Under the pieces are notes generated by a model. That model was not told the DNA's origin. It searched no databases and saw nothing but the letters and a program-made list of their open reading frames with translations. A DNA stretch of 64,000 nt. Origin: an uncultured Verrucomicrobiae bacterium. Lineage in GTDB: Bacteria > Verrucomicrobiota > Verrucomicrobiia > Limisphaerales > Palsa-1400. Numbering within the stretch: position 1 is the stretch's first letter; each line of letters opens with the position of its first letter. Location: contig OY969763.1 of NCBI GenBank assembly GCA_963702845.1, forward strand, positions 5,824,001 to 5,888,000, written 5' to 3'. Shown here in pieces: positions 49,621-61,602 of the stretch. The translations under genes were made by a program, and so were the position numbers.

Positions 49621-50577
49621 CTACTCGACAAGGCGCATAGTGACGTTCTGGATAACCAGTTGTGACACCGTGCCGCCTCTTTGCTGGATCTTGATCGTCA
49701 TCGCCTGATCATTGTCCGAGCCGACCGCCACGCCTTGCTCGGGGTCAAACCAGGAACTGCCGTGAATCTTGCCTTTGTCGATGCTGAACGGAGTTGCGCC
49801 GGTGCTTTTTCCAGTGATCGTCCCGTCGTAGTCCAGCTTTACGCACTTATGTCCTTCGTGGTCTTCCCAATTGGCGAAAGTGAATTTTCCGTCGATGACC
49901 ATCTTTGCCATGCCGTACAAATTCATTTCCATCGAGTTTTTCCAGCTGTCGCCAGGGCTGACCGGATGATCCGGTAGCGCCTCACTCCAGCTGCACAAGC
50001 GCTTCAACACATCTTCGTTGAACATCGACTTCAGCATCTCCGAATTCTTGCTCCCCCGCGCGATACGGACCATGAAGTCGTCATAGCCGTCAATCCGTTC
50101 CAGTTTGTTATCAGGACCAAAAATGTAGCGGACCTTCCCGCCCACGATCTTTCGCAACGCCGGGGTGAATGGATCTTTTGTGTCTTTGCCGGTGTCGTGC
50201 GCGGAATCAAATGACATAAAAACCCGATCGCCGACGCGGCTTTCCATTTTTGTGGCGACAAATTCCAATTCAACCTGGTGGCCGCCATTGTCCAGTTGTT
50301 TCAGGGTGTTAATTGAGTAATCCCACGACATGTCCATCACCTGTTGAGTCGTTTGGCCTTGTTTGTTTTTCGACTGTTCCATTTGACTAGTCGTGGAAAT
50401 CGCCATTCGCTGAACGACTTTTTTGCCAGGCGTCCATTTGACTTTCAATTCGACAGCTGGCTCAGACGAATTAGAGGGCTTTGATTGTGCGACGCGCTCC
50501 TTTGATTTGGAACAACTCAACGCGAGTAGACAGACGGTGGCAATCGATAATGCAAAACGGACGGTTTGGGTTTTCAT
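49621..50577 (-). CDS. Lipoprotein, DUF6263-like
   Basis: Lipobox LALSC; FDS; LPDHPVSPGDSW. Confidence 0.7.
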   Translation of the reverse strand: MKTQTVRFALSIATVCLLALSCSKSKERVAQSKPSNSSEPAVELKVKWTPGKKVVQRMAISTTSQMEQSKNKQGQTTQQVMDMSWDYSINTLKQLDNGGHQVELEFVATKMESRVGDRVFMSFDSAHDTGKDTKDPFTPALRKIVGGKVRYIFGPDNKLERIDGYDDFMVRIARGSKNSEMLKSMFNEDVLKRLCSWSEALPDHPVSPGDSWKNSMEMNLYGMAKMVIDGKFTFANWEDHEGHKCVKLDYDGTITGKSTGATPFSIDKGKIHGSSWFDPEQGVAVGSDNDQAMTIKIQQRGGTVSQLVIQNVTMRLVE

Positions 50578-50741
50578 ATATGTGCGGGTCCTCCAAGGCA
50601 ACAATAGCGATACAAATGTTGGCAATAGTTTGATGCAAGTCAACAAAATGGCGGCTAACGGTCCGTCTAATGTCCTGAATTGAACTCTCGAATCGCCGCT
50701 TTGTTCTGTGGCCGATCGCGCAGACGCTCGGTGGTCCTGCG

Positions 50742-51656
50742 CTAAATTTGAAAATCAGGATTCGACTTGTCGCGTTTCGCAGTGACTTTCACGTCCACTT
50801 TCTCGTAGGTAACGAGCGAATGTGGCGGGACGCTTTGCGTTAGAAAAACGCTTGCACCGATCGTGCTTCCGGCGCCGATGGTTGTTTCACCGCCGACGAT
50901 GGTCGCGTTCGCGTAAATGGTGACGTGATCTTCGACAGTCGGATGGCGCTTCTGGCCTTTCAACGCCTGGCCACCGGCTAGCGAACGCGCAACGAGACCG
51001 ACGCCTTGATACATTTTTACGTGGTTGCCGATGACCGACGATTCACCAATTACCGTGCCGGTCCCGTGATCGATGAAAAAGTGCGTCCCAATTTTTGCGC
51101 CCGGATGAAGATCCATTCCCGTGCGGGTGTGTGCCCATTCGGTCATGATCCGTGGAATAAGTGGAACCTTATCATCGTACAGTTCGTGAGCTAAACGTTG
51201 CACGGCGATGGCCTCGACAAATGGATAGGCGACGATCACTTCTTCCCGGCTTAGAGCCGCCGGGTCACCTCGAAATGCCGCGTCGACATCGGTCGTCAAA
51301 AGGTCGCGGACATGCGGAAGGCGGCTAAGAAAATCCAACGTCAGCTTGTGCCCGAGTTTGCGAAGATCCTTTTTCGCGACACCTTCCGGCGGGGCGTATT
51401 CCAGGCTCTTGGCGACTTCGTCTTCGAGACGTTCGTAGACGTAGTCCATCAGGGTCGCGGTTTCGACTTTCAGTTCTGAGGCGACGAGGAGTTTTTCGTC
51501 GAAGAAACCGGGAAAGAGCAGGCGCAAGAGATCAACAGTGATGAAGCCGATGCGCGTTTTTGACGGGAGATTCTTGCCGTCCAAATGATTGATGCCGCCG
51601 ACTTTTGTGTACGACGCGATCAGTTGATTGGTCAAATCTGTGACCGTGAGGCTCAC
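50742..51656 (-). CDS. cysE: Serine O-acetyltransferase
   Basis: GDPAA, TGMDLHPGAKIG, FIDHGTG, KRHPTV. Confidence 0.92.
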   Translation of the reverse strand: MSLTVTDLTNQLIASYTKVGGINHLDGKNLPSKTRIGFITVDLLRLLFPGFFDEKLLVASELKVETATLMDYVYERLEDEVAKSLEYAPPEGVAKKDLRKLGHKLTLDFLSRLPHVRDLLTTDVDAAFRGDPAALSREEVIVAYPFVEAIAVQRLAHELYDDKVPLIPRIMTEWAHTRTGMDLHPGAKIGTHFFIDHGTGTVIGESSVIGNHVKMYQGVGLVARSLAGGQALKGQKRHPTVEDHVTIYANATIVGGETTIGAGSTIGASVFLTQSVPPHSLVTYEKVDVKVTAKRDKSNPDFQI

Positions 51657-51699
51657 GCGCGCAGTATTCCGCAGTGATGGGCGAAACGCAAGTTGGCAA

Positions 51700-52662
51700 C
51701 TACTCCGTTCCCGTCGTGTATTGTTCGAGTGTTCGCTTGGCGATCATCAGGCCGGCTTCTTCGAGTTTTTGGCCTTTTTGATAATCCACGCCGCCGGTAC
51801 GGACATCTTCCGGTTGTTCGGCTTCGTGATCGCGATAGACCGGGTCGTGCCAGGGTTCGATGTTCAGGTCGGAATCATAACCGGCGCGCAGGAGTGCGTG
51901 GACGATTTCGGGCCAGTTGGCCTGACCGAGACCGGGGTGGCGATGTTCGGCGACGCCGGGATGGCAGATGCCGTAGACGCTCAGCAACTGGTGATTGATG
52001 TAGGCGTCTTTGGCGTGGATATGGAAAATTTTGCGGCCGTATTTGTGGATGTTTGTGACCGGGTCAATGAACTGGCAGATCAAATGGCTCGCGTCCCACT
52101 CAATGCCGAAGTTGTCGGCGCACTTGCTCTCGTTCCAGAAACGTTCCCACATCGCCGGCTTCGCGAGCATGTTGTAGCCCATGATGGGCAGGAGATATGT
52201 TCCTTGTGGGCAGTTCTCGAAGGCGATGCGGACGCCGTTGTCGGCGGCGAATTTTCCGATCGGGTCCCAAAATGCGCAGAGTTGAGGGATGTGGTTCTCG
52301 AACGGTTTGTAAACGGGATTGCCGCCGCGTTCGTTCATTTCCAACTCGATCACTGCACCGGGAAAACCGCAGATGGTTTTCACGTCCATGCGTGAGGCGA
52401 CGAGGATGGCGCGTTTGAAAAGTTCGCGGGAGTAGTCGGTCTGTTTTGGGTCGAGCGGGTTTTTGTAGAGCGCGCCGATGGCGGAAACGCGGATGCCGCG
52501 GGAGCCGGCTTCGTCTTTGTATTTGTCGGCGTACGATTTCCAGTCAGCCTGCGGATCGGCCGCCGGGCTTTGGAAAAAACGCAACCAGCCAGTGGACTTG
52601 AAGCCGAGTTTTTCAACCCACTTCAGTTCGTCCAGACCACGATTTAAAACGCCGACGCGCAT
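51700..52662 (-). CDS. Sugar phosphate isomerase/epimerase (TIM barrel)
   Basis: AFENCP, WDASH, HIHAKD, PGLGQANW, NIEP. Confidence 0.9.
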   Translation of the reverse strand: MRVGVLNRGLDELKWVEKLGFKSTGWLRFFQSPAADPQADWKSYADKYKDEAGSRGIRVSAIGALYKNPLDPKQTDYSRELFKRAILVASRMDVKTICGFPGAVIELEMNERGGNPVYKPFENHIPQLCAFWDPIGKFAADNGVRIAFENCPQGTYLLPIMGYNMLAKPAMWERFWNESKCADNFGIEWDASHLICQFIDPVTNIHKYGRKIFHIHAKDAYINHQLLSVYGICHPGVAEHRHPGLGQANWPEIVHALLRAGYDSDLNIEPWHDPVYRDHEAEQPEDVRTGGVDYQKGQKLEEAGLMIAKRTLEQYTTGTE

Positions 52663-52665
52663 AAG

Positions 52666-53802
52666 TTATTTAGGAATTTTTTCCCACTTGTCGGTCTTGG
52701 CCGATTTGAGGACGGCGTCGCAGACGAATTGGGTTTCGAGCGCGTCGCGGAAAGTTGGGCTGGCCGGTTTGCCAGTTGTGAGGCCTTCGATGAAATCGGC
52801 GACTTGATGGACGAAGGTATGTTCGTAACCGATTTGCAGGCCGGGCACCCACCAGTTTTTCATGTAGGGCTGGTCGCTATCGGTGACGTGGATGTTGCGC
52901 CAACCGCGCACGCGGCCTTCGTCTTTGTGTTCGAAATATTGGAGGCGATGCAGGTCGTGCAAGTCCCACGCGATGGAGGCGTGTTCGCCGTTGATCTCAA
53001 ACGTGTAGAGCGCTTTGTGGCCGCGGGCGTAACGGGTCGATTCGAACGTGGCGAGTGAACCGTTTTTGAAACGGGCCAGGAACGCGCAGGCGTCGTCGAT
53101 GCTGACCTTCTGCACTTTGCCGGTCAGGTTGTGTTTGCGTTCTTTGATGAACGTCTCGGTCATGGCGTTGACTTTGTCGATACCGCCGTTGATCCAAATG
53201 GCAGTGTCGATGCAGTGCGCGAGCAGGTCGCCAGTTACTCCGCTGCCGGCGACTTTCGCGTCCAAACGCCAGAGTGCCGCGCCGCCTTGCGGGAGGTCGG
53301 GGCTGATGGTCCAGTCCTGCAGGAATTTCGCGCGGTAATGGAAAATTTTTCCGAGACGGCCTTCGTCGATGAGTTGTTTGGCCAACGTCACGGCGGGAAC
53401 GCGGCGGTAATTGTACCAAACCATGTTCGGCACTTTGGCTTTCTCGACGGCTTTGACCATGATTTTGCCTTCTGGTCCGTCCATGGAGAGCGGCTTTTCG
53501 CACATGATCATCTTGCCGGCTTTGGCGGCGGCAATGGCGATCTCGGCGTGCGTGTTGTTCGGGCTGGCGATGTCGATGACGTCGATGTCGGCGCGTTCGA
53601 TCAGGCGACGCCAATCGGACTCGACTGATTCATATCCCCATTTCGAAGCAAAGCTGCGGGCCTTTTTTTCATCGCGGGCGCAGATCGCCTTGAGAACTGG
53701 TTGATATTCCAGATCAAAAAAGTTGTTAACTTTGCGGAACGCGTTTGAGTGCGTTCTGCCCATGAAGCCGTAGCCAATCAGGCCGACATTTAGTTTCTTC
53801 AT
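52666..53802 (-). CDS. Gfo/Idh/MocA oxidoreductase
   Basis: [23 protein letters not shown]. Confidence 0.95.
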   Translation of the reverse strand: MKKLNVGLIGYGFMGRTHSNAFRKVNNFFDLEYQPVLKAICARDEKKARSFASKWGYESVESDWRRLIERADIDVIDIASPNNTHAEIAIAAAKAGKMIMCEKPLSMDGPEGKIMVKAVEKAKVPNMVWYNYRRVPAVTLAKQLIDEGRLGKIFHYRAKFLQDWTISPDLPQGGAALWRLDAKVAGSGVTGDLLAHCIDTAIWINGGIDKVNAMTETFIKERKHNLTGKVQKVSIDDACAFLARFKNGSLATFESTRYARGHKALYTFEINGEHASIAWDLHDLHRLQYFEHKDEGRVRGWRNIHVTDSDQPYMKNWWVPGLQIGYEHTFVHQVADFIEGLTTGKPASPTFRDALETQFVCDAVLKSAKTDKWEKIPK

Positions 53803-53806
53803 ATAT

Positions 53807-54860
<1,054 letters not shown>

Positions 54861-54903
54861 AGCGAGGGTTTGTTTTAAATGTTAACGGCTAAAGGATAAA
54901 GGT

Positions 54904-55180
54904 AAAAAAATTTGGTTTGGTTAAGCTCGGTTAGCTTCGGATAGCTTCGGTTAACCCCGGTTTGGTTCGAGGGGCAAAAATAATATTTTTTTCGTGGCCT
55001 CGGCTCGGTGCGGTTTGCCTCGGTTTAGCTCGGTTTGATGCGGTTTGCCCGAGATTGAACTGAGGCTGGCCCGAACCTAGGCCGAGGTTGATTGGCAGTT
55101 GGGTTGTAAAAAATATTTTTCTTTTAAGGTTCATTTCGGCGCATTTGGGCGAATTTCGACTTATTTCGGCCAATAATCGA
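54904..55180. repeat. Three blocks of phased 10-bp repeats, each preceded by an A/T tract
   Basis: 54911-54970 (6 x ..cgg), 55001-55050 (5 x cggttt..), 55131-55180 (5 x ..atttcgg.). Confidence 0.8.
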
Positions 55181-55220
55181 TCAGGTGACGATGAGGTTGG
55201 AATGAGCCTTGGGGAGAAAA

Positions 55221-55248
55221 GTCCGAAATCCGAGATCCGAAATCCGAA
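55221..55248. repeat. Heptamer tandem repeat (tccgaaa)
   Basis: gtccgaaatccgagatccgaaatccgaa. Confidence 0.7.
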
Positions 55249-55541
55249 GCAAAGATCGGAGGCTGAAATTTGTACAGGAGCGAGCGCGCTGGAATCAATG
55301 GCGACATTGTATCGCATAACTGGCCTTTCTTTCTTGCGATGAGCGTTATTGCGCATCGGTCCGAGTTTCGTCGGATGAGGGCGAGCATACGTGAAGTAAC
55401 GCAACCGTCAAAAAATGTAGGGAAAGGAGGGAAACCAGGGGAAGAAACAGCACTTTTTTCTGACAAAATTTGTCAACTGAAGTGGGTTGGCATGAAAATT
55501 GAACACGCATCTTCAGTCATCCGCACCTGATTCGTAATGTC

Positions 55542-58262
55542 TCACGGAGTATTCGCCGGTACAACGAATGGCGACGGCACCAGATAACTTTGCGTCCATT
55601 CGGGGGAGTTGGGTTTTGTTCCTGCCTTGAGGTCGGTCTTCCAGTCGTTGTCTGTTTTTCGCACCGAGCCAGGGACTTCAAATTCGTAGTGGCTGAGGGC
55701 TGGTCCAGCATAGACCATGCGGTCGAGGCCGTTGTCGATGGCAATCATGAGCAGGTGAACGTTTCCCACTGCTTCGTGGAGAACGACACCGGGATCGCCC
55801 GTAAGATTATCCTGCACATCGGTGTGAACATCGGTGATGACAGGGTCCCATTTGCCCGGGTTCTGGCCCATATCATAAGGATCGGTTTGGTAAACGTTTT
55901 TGTAAAAAAGCGCAGGATACCAGCCGGTGTATTTGCGCTCGCCAGCACAGTTTTGATTGATTTCGACCAACTGTTTGAGGAAGTCGGTTTCCGCGGGCGT
56001 GATCGGCACCTGGAGCTGTTCTTTCTCAGCAATATCTTGCAGGGTCAACATGGTATTGGCGAAGTTTTGGAAACATGCGAGCTGATTGGATTTTACGACA
56101 GCCAAGTCATATTGAATCGTATAATTGGTATTTTGGCGGTCCGGGACAGTTACGGTTCCAGAAAGGGGAAGTGATGAAATGCCCGCCGACGCGATGTCGG
56201 TCAACGTCTTCATTTTTGCCCAGAATTCAGGACGCGGTTCGACAAAGGCATACGGGTAACTGCAAGCAAAGGGGGAGCTATATGACTGTTTGGCGTAAAG
56301 GATGGTGTCGTGCCGGAGCTGCGTCCAGGATGCCAGTTGTGTATTGAGCGATTTCATGGCCCAAGCTCGCGTGCGCATGGCTTCAGGGTAGACTGCATCG
56401 GTTGTGGGCGCTGACAGTGAACGAATCGCCGACAGCCATGCGTTGTACATATTGTTCGTCCAGACTCCATCAGACTCGCTATCGATTACGTTGCGAACAG
56501 CGGCGAGATTGTGTTGATACGGCAAGCCGTCTCTCCATCGCTCTCCGTTGGTAGCGGTCATTCGGTCAACAAGGTTTGCGACAACCTGATCGTTACCAAA
56601 AATGGAGAAGGCCACGTCGAGGCAGCTTGGTCTGCGGCGCAAAACTTTGCCGAACATAACGTTTGTGCCATCGTCGGGTGTCCAACGAATGCTGTCGAAG
56701 GTCACCTCGCTCAATGCCCAACTGTCGGGGATAAATTTCTGACCGAAGACGGTGAAGGAACGAGGTAGCCTGACCTGTGCCGGGTTAAGAGGAGAGAAGA
56801 AGTAACCACTGTGGATATTCTGGACTCCGAGTTGGCCGGTCAACAGTTGCTCCTGCAGATTCGTAAGAGCCGCCCGGCTGTTGACGTCGCCCGGCGACTG
56901 AATGTTTGCGCTGCTTAGGAGGTCATTTAGTTGCGCAAAGGTCATGGAGTCGGTTTCGCCGACGAAGGCGCGAGTGAATTGTTCGATGGCGGCCCAGTTT
57001 GTGTATTGGCCCGACTGGTCGAGCAGCCATTTGAAAATGACGGCAGTTCCTAATTCACGAATGTCGTCTTCTTTGTCGGGATCATATGTCTTTAGGCGCA
57101 AATCCGCTAAGGAGAGCCACATCACGGTGCGGAAGTAGCGGCGAAGGCGTTCTGAATCATCGTAGTGACCGCGAACGGTAAATTGGGAGAAGTCGACCCA
57201 GCGATTGGTGCCAAAAATTGTGATTTGCGCAGGAACGAGGTTGTTGATGGCGGTTAACGTCGGGGTGACACCCTCACCATAAAAATCAATAAACGAATTG
57301 TTCTGTGTTTGGCCGGTCAAAAGGCTGCGGGCAACGGTCAGAAAATAATCGGCGTCATATATGCTGGCGCCGAGATCTGACGAAAGTGGCATGAAAAACT
57401 CTTGCGTCCCGCCAAAGTTGGTCGCCGCAGTGGAAACGTAGGCGCTCATGCCATTAATGACGGATTGCAGAAGGGTGTAGATCTGCAGTTCCTCGGATTC
57501 TTCCAACATGCTATTGTAATTGCGATGCCACGCCTGCAGGACTGAATCGGCTGTTACAAACACGGGAAGGTCGTCGTGGAATACGCGATAGTAGCTGTCA
57601 GCGAAACTGAGCGAACCGAGGCGTTCGCTGACGACAAAGCCGTTTGTCATGAAGCTGCCAAGTTCGGCGGGATTGAGGCGGAAATCGTTTATCCGGTGAG
57701 TGGTGGTGTTTGTAGCGTTCCAAGCAGCGGGGTCGATATTGAACTGATCCCAGTAAAGAGCTGTAGTTGGGTCCCACGAGAGTTGCGGCAGGTATGGCGG
57801 GTGTCGATCGTAGGTCGCCGCGAATTGGGCAGGAGAAATTTGACCAATGCGCGCGAGTTCGTCAGCAATGGCTAAATTGTAACCGAAAACGTCAGCTCCG
57901 CCGTCGCCAGTCAATGGCGCATTGGTTGCGTCGAGATTTGCGATTACACGGTAGAACGTGTTCGGCCGAGTCGTTTGCAGGCGAGTCTTCAGCAACGGCC
58001 CTGACAGGGTCAATGCGGTGTTGTCTCCCTGGATTTTCCCGCCGACCGAATGCCAATGAAGCAGGTCGCTCGTGGTCTGGAGTTCATATTGAGGAAATAC
58101 TAAGCCTTGCCCTGCTTTCGGAAGCTGCGCCGGCAATGATAAGACGGCGTTGGAGGATTGAAGGCCGAGTTGGACAGATAATGACTGTGCTGGCAGTCGT
58201 TCTGTTACGATTGTGGCAAAAAGGAGAACAGCAAAACTACGAATCGCCCGCCCGAAGTTCAT
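55542..58262 (-). CDS. Exported DUF3160 domain protein
   Basis: LPVFVTADSVL, DFSQFTVRGHY, LASWTQLRHDTILYAKQSY, YAGP..SHYEF. Confidence 0.88.
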   Translation of the reverse strand: MNFGRAIRSFAVLLFATIVTERLPAQSLSVQLGLQSSNAVLSLPAQLPKAGQGLVFPQYELQTTSDLLHWHSVGGKIQGDNTALTLSGPLLKTRLQTTRPNTFYRVIANLDATNAPLTGDGGADVFGYNLAIADELARIGQISPAQFAATYDRHPPYLPQLSWDPTTALYWDQFNIDPAAWNATNTTTHRINDFRLNPAELGSFMTNGFVVSERLGSLSFADSYYRVFHDDLPVFVTADSVLQAWHRNYNSMLEESEELQIYTLLQSVINGMSAYVSTAATNFGGTQEFFMPLSSDLGASIYDADYFLTVARSLLTGQTQNNSFIDFYGEGVTPTLTAINNLVPAQITIFGTNRWVDFSQFTVRGHYDDSERLRRYFRTVMWLSLADLRLKTYDPDKEDDIRELGTAVIFKWLLDQSGQYTNWAAIEQFTRAFVGETDSMTFAQLNDLLSSANIQSPGDVNSRAALTNLQEQLLTGQLGVQNIHSGYFFSPLNPAQVRLPRSFTVFGQKFIPDSWALSEVTFDSIRWTPDDGTNVMFGKVLRRRPSCLDVAFSIFGNDQVVANLVDRMTATNGERWRDGLPYQHNLAAVRNVIDSESDGVWTNNMYNAWLSAIRSLSAPTTDAVYPEAMRTRAWAMKSLNTQLASWTQLRHDTILYAKQSYSSPFACSYPYAFVEPRPEFWAKMKTLTDIASAGISSLPLSGTVTVPDRQNTNYTIQYDLAVVKSNQLACFQNFANTMLTLQDIAEKEQLQVPITPAETDFLKQLVEINQNCAGERKYTGWYPALFYKNVYQTDPYDMGQNPGKWDPVITDVHTDVQDNLTGDPGVVLHEAVGNVHLLMIAIDNGLDRMVYAGPALSHYEFEVPGSVRKTDNDWKTDLKAGTKPNSPEWTQSYLVPSPFVVPANTP

Positions 58263-58459
58263 GCCGGCGATATTAGCTACGTAAGCTGCACATTGTCAAT
58301 GTTAATACACAACTCGTGCAGCCCAATTTAAAACTGACAAGTCTTATATGGTGCGATAAGAATCCGCGTTATCGACTCGGTTATGCGATGTATTGGATTC
58401 ATTGCCCTCGGAGGGTTGCTCCTCGCAATAGCGGCGGTGGTGCACGCCTCTGATGAACC

Positions 58460-58910
58460 CTAAGTCGCCGGAGTAATCCCACGGCGAGGGATAGTCATCT
58501 CGTGTTCAGCCTCATCGAGGTCTGAGGTGCAGAATGCGCATTTGTGAGCGGCCTTTGGGATCTTGCTCAAACAATGCGGGCACTCGCACGTTTCCGGTTC
58601 TGGCGGCATTTGCGGTTTTGAGCGGTCCATGAATTTTTGCACCGGCAATACCACGGCGAAATAAACCACCGCCGCCAAGACGATGAAGGCCAGCAGCGCG
58701 TTGATGAAATCGCCGATCATGAACTTCGTACCGTCGCACTGTGATCGCCCACGATGAGAAATCCGGTAAGCCGCCGAAGACGCTTATGATTGGTGTGATG
58801 ATGTCTTTGACCAACGCCGTCACGACTGTGCCGAATGCAGCCCCAATGACCACTGCGACGGCTAAATCAACGACGTTGCCTCGCAATAAGAATTTTTTGA
58901 ACCCACCCAT
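58460..58910 (-). CDS. mscL: Large-conductance mechanosensitive channel; frameshift near 58735
   Basis: [34 protein letters not shown]-terminal CPHC..CAFC. Confidence 0.9.
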
Positions 58911-59132
58911 ACCTGTTCTATCCGGCCATACTCTGATTGCGTCAAAGGTGATGGGCTCTGAATATCTTTTGCGATCTTCCCTGACCAGAGCCACGGTCGT
59001 GAGTAGGCGGGCTTGGTTATTGGCGTCGAGTGTTGAAACCGCTTGCTCACGCGCGCGGCTCTGTTGCAATTCCGAGTCCACGGTTTTCTTGCCAAAGGGG
59101 GAGCGGAACTCTACCGTCACAACGAATTTTGT

Positions 59133-60068
59133 ATGGAAAAAGTCGTCATTATCGGCACCGGTTGCGCGGGCCTCACCGCTGCGATCTACGCCGCTCGTTC
59201 CAATCTTTCGCCCCTCGTCATCACCGGCACCATGCCCGGTGGTCTGCTTACGACCACCAGTATTGTCGAAAACTACCCGGGGTTTCCGGAAGGAATCGAC
59301 GGGTATCAGTTGATGATCAATATGCAGCAGCAGGCGGAACGTTTCGGCGCGCGCATTCAGACGTTGCGCGAACGTGGAGCATGTTGATTTGTCGAAGCGC
59401 CCGTTCACGCTGACGATCGACGGTGACAAGGTTGAAGCGGAAACGATCATCATCGCGACCGGCGCCGGGCATCGGCATCTGGGTTTGGAAAACGAGCATC
59501 TGCTCGAGAAGAAAGGCGTGACGTATTGCGCGACTTGCGACGGCGCGTGGCCAATGTTCCGCAATCAACCGCTGGTGGTTGTCGGCGGCGGCGATTCAGC
59601 CTGTGAAGAAGCGCTTTATCTGACGCGTTTTGGTTCGACGATTCATCTGGTCCATCGACGCGATACGTTGCGGGCTTCGAAAATCATGATCGAGCGGCGT
59701 CAAAGCGCATACGAAGATTCAACCGGTTTGGGATTCTGTGGTTACGGATGTTCTCGATGTGAAGCAGGACAAGGTGACGGCGGTAAAACTGCAGAATCTC
59801 AAGACGAATGAAGAGTCGACGCTGCCGTGTGCAGGCGTGTTCGTTGCGGTTGGGCATGTGCCAAACACGCAGCTTGTTCAAAGGCGTGATCGATATGGAT
59901 CACAACGGATACATCCTTCGCCACAAAGGTTCGCAAACGAATATTCCCGGGGTGTTTGTTGCGGGCGATTGCTCCGATCACGTATATCGGCAGGCGATAA
60001 CCGCTGCGGGCATGGGCTGCGCTGCGGCGATCGATGCGGAACGGTATCTGGCCGGTTTGAACGAATAG
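59133..60068 (+). CDS. trxB: Thioredoxin-disulfide reductase (several frameshifts)
   Basis: [51 protein letters not shown] spread over 3-4 frames. Confidence 0.92.
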
Positions 60069-60072
60069 GTTT

Positions 60073-61602
60073 ATGAAAAAAATCAGCTTTCTGGTCGCGA
60101 CGTTGTGCGTCGCCGTTTCGTTGCAGGCGCAAAAGAATGCGTCGACGACGGAATCCGCGGTCAAGACAGTCCCTGGGTTGCAGGCGCAGATCAAAGCGCA
60201 TATCGCTCAGTCGCGCTTTGAGCATTGCATGTGGGGCGTGAAAGTTGTGTCGCTCGAAACGGGCAAGGTGTTGTTTGATCGCAATGGCGAGAAATTGATG
60301 AAGCCGGCGTCGAACGCGAAGATGTATACGGGTTCGCTCGCGCTGGATCGTCTCGGGCCGGATTATCGCATCAAGACTTCGTTCTATGCGCTGTCGAAAC
60401 CTGACAATGGCGTGGTGCGCGGCGATCTCGTTGTTTATGGCCGTGGCGACCCTTCGCTGTCGTGGAGATTCAATGACAACGATTACAGCAAGTCGTTGCA
60501 GCCGGTTGTGGACGCTTTCGTGGCGGCCGGCGTTAAGAAGGTCGAAGGCAATTTGATTGGTGACGAGAGCTATTTCCACTGCGCGCCCTTACGGTTCTGA
60601 TTGGGCCTGGGACGACATTCAAAATTATTACGGCGCTCCGGTATCAGCGTTGAATCTGGACGACAACGCCATTGACCTGGTTTTCAAAGCGGCAAGGAAG
60701 TCGGCCAACCGGCGATCGTCGTAATGAAGCCTGAAACGACTTACCTGAAAGTCATCAATCGCACGAAGACCGTTGCGAAAGGCAAGAAGGGCAACGTCAC
60801 GATTTATCGTCCACTCGGTCGAGAAGGTTGTTTATTTCTGGGGCGATGTTGCGATCGGCTCCAACGTCACGGACGCGGTTTCCGATCGACAATCCCGGCG
60901 TTGTGGTATGTCACGAGGCTCAAAGAACGTCTTGGCCAAAGAAGGCATCGAAGTGACTCGGCGGCGTGCGTTCGGTCAATTGGCTCGATCGTCAGGCTGA
61001 ACCGGTTGAATTACTCGAAGATGGTTGAAGTGGTGTCCGTGCAATCACGGACGATGGCGGAGATTGTGAAAGGGTGTATGAAGCCATCGCAAAACCAATA
61101 TGCGCATCTGATGCTGTTGCAAGCCGGCGTGCAGAGTTCGTTCACGAAGGACCATCAGTTTACTGACGATGCCGGTATTGCCGAACTGCGCAAGTTCATG
61201 GGCGAAATCGGCCAGGAAAAAGATACTGTGTTGCTCGAAGACGGCTCCGGTCTGGGTCGTGGCGGATTGGTCACGCCGAACGCTTCGGTGAAATTGCTCA
61301 CCGCGATGTCGAAGCATCGTTGCGCGGAACAGTTTTATGACGCGCTGCCGATTGCTGGCGTGGATGGAACTTTGAAGAGCCGTTTCAAGGGCACGTTTGC
61401 GGAAAAGAATGTTCACGCCAAAACCGGCAGCTTGCGTTACGTGAACACGATTTCGGGCTACGTGACTGATCGCGGTGGGGAGAAGTTGGTTTTCTCGGTG
61501 ATGCTGAATAACTACGACGCGGGTCGCGATGGGTCGTGGCGCGTCGAGTCGGATAAGGTTGTGAAGATGATTGCTGATTTTTCCGGACGGTCGAATCGTT
61601 AA
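60073..61602 (+). CDS. dacB: D-alanyl-D-alanine carboxypeptidase/endopeptidase, S13 family (frameshifted)
   Basis: PASNAK (SxxK), GRGDP, SQN, DGSGL, AKTGSL. Confidence 0.9.

Noticed and set aside
54904..55180. CRISPR array
   Set aside because: Units are degenerate 10-mers without unique spacers, and no cas genes were recognised.
58520..58600. Zn-ribbon tail on MscL as a novelty
   Set aside because: CxxC...CxxC tails are a familiar MscL variant.
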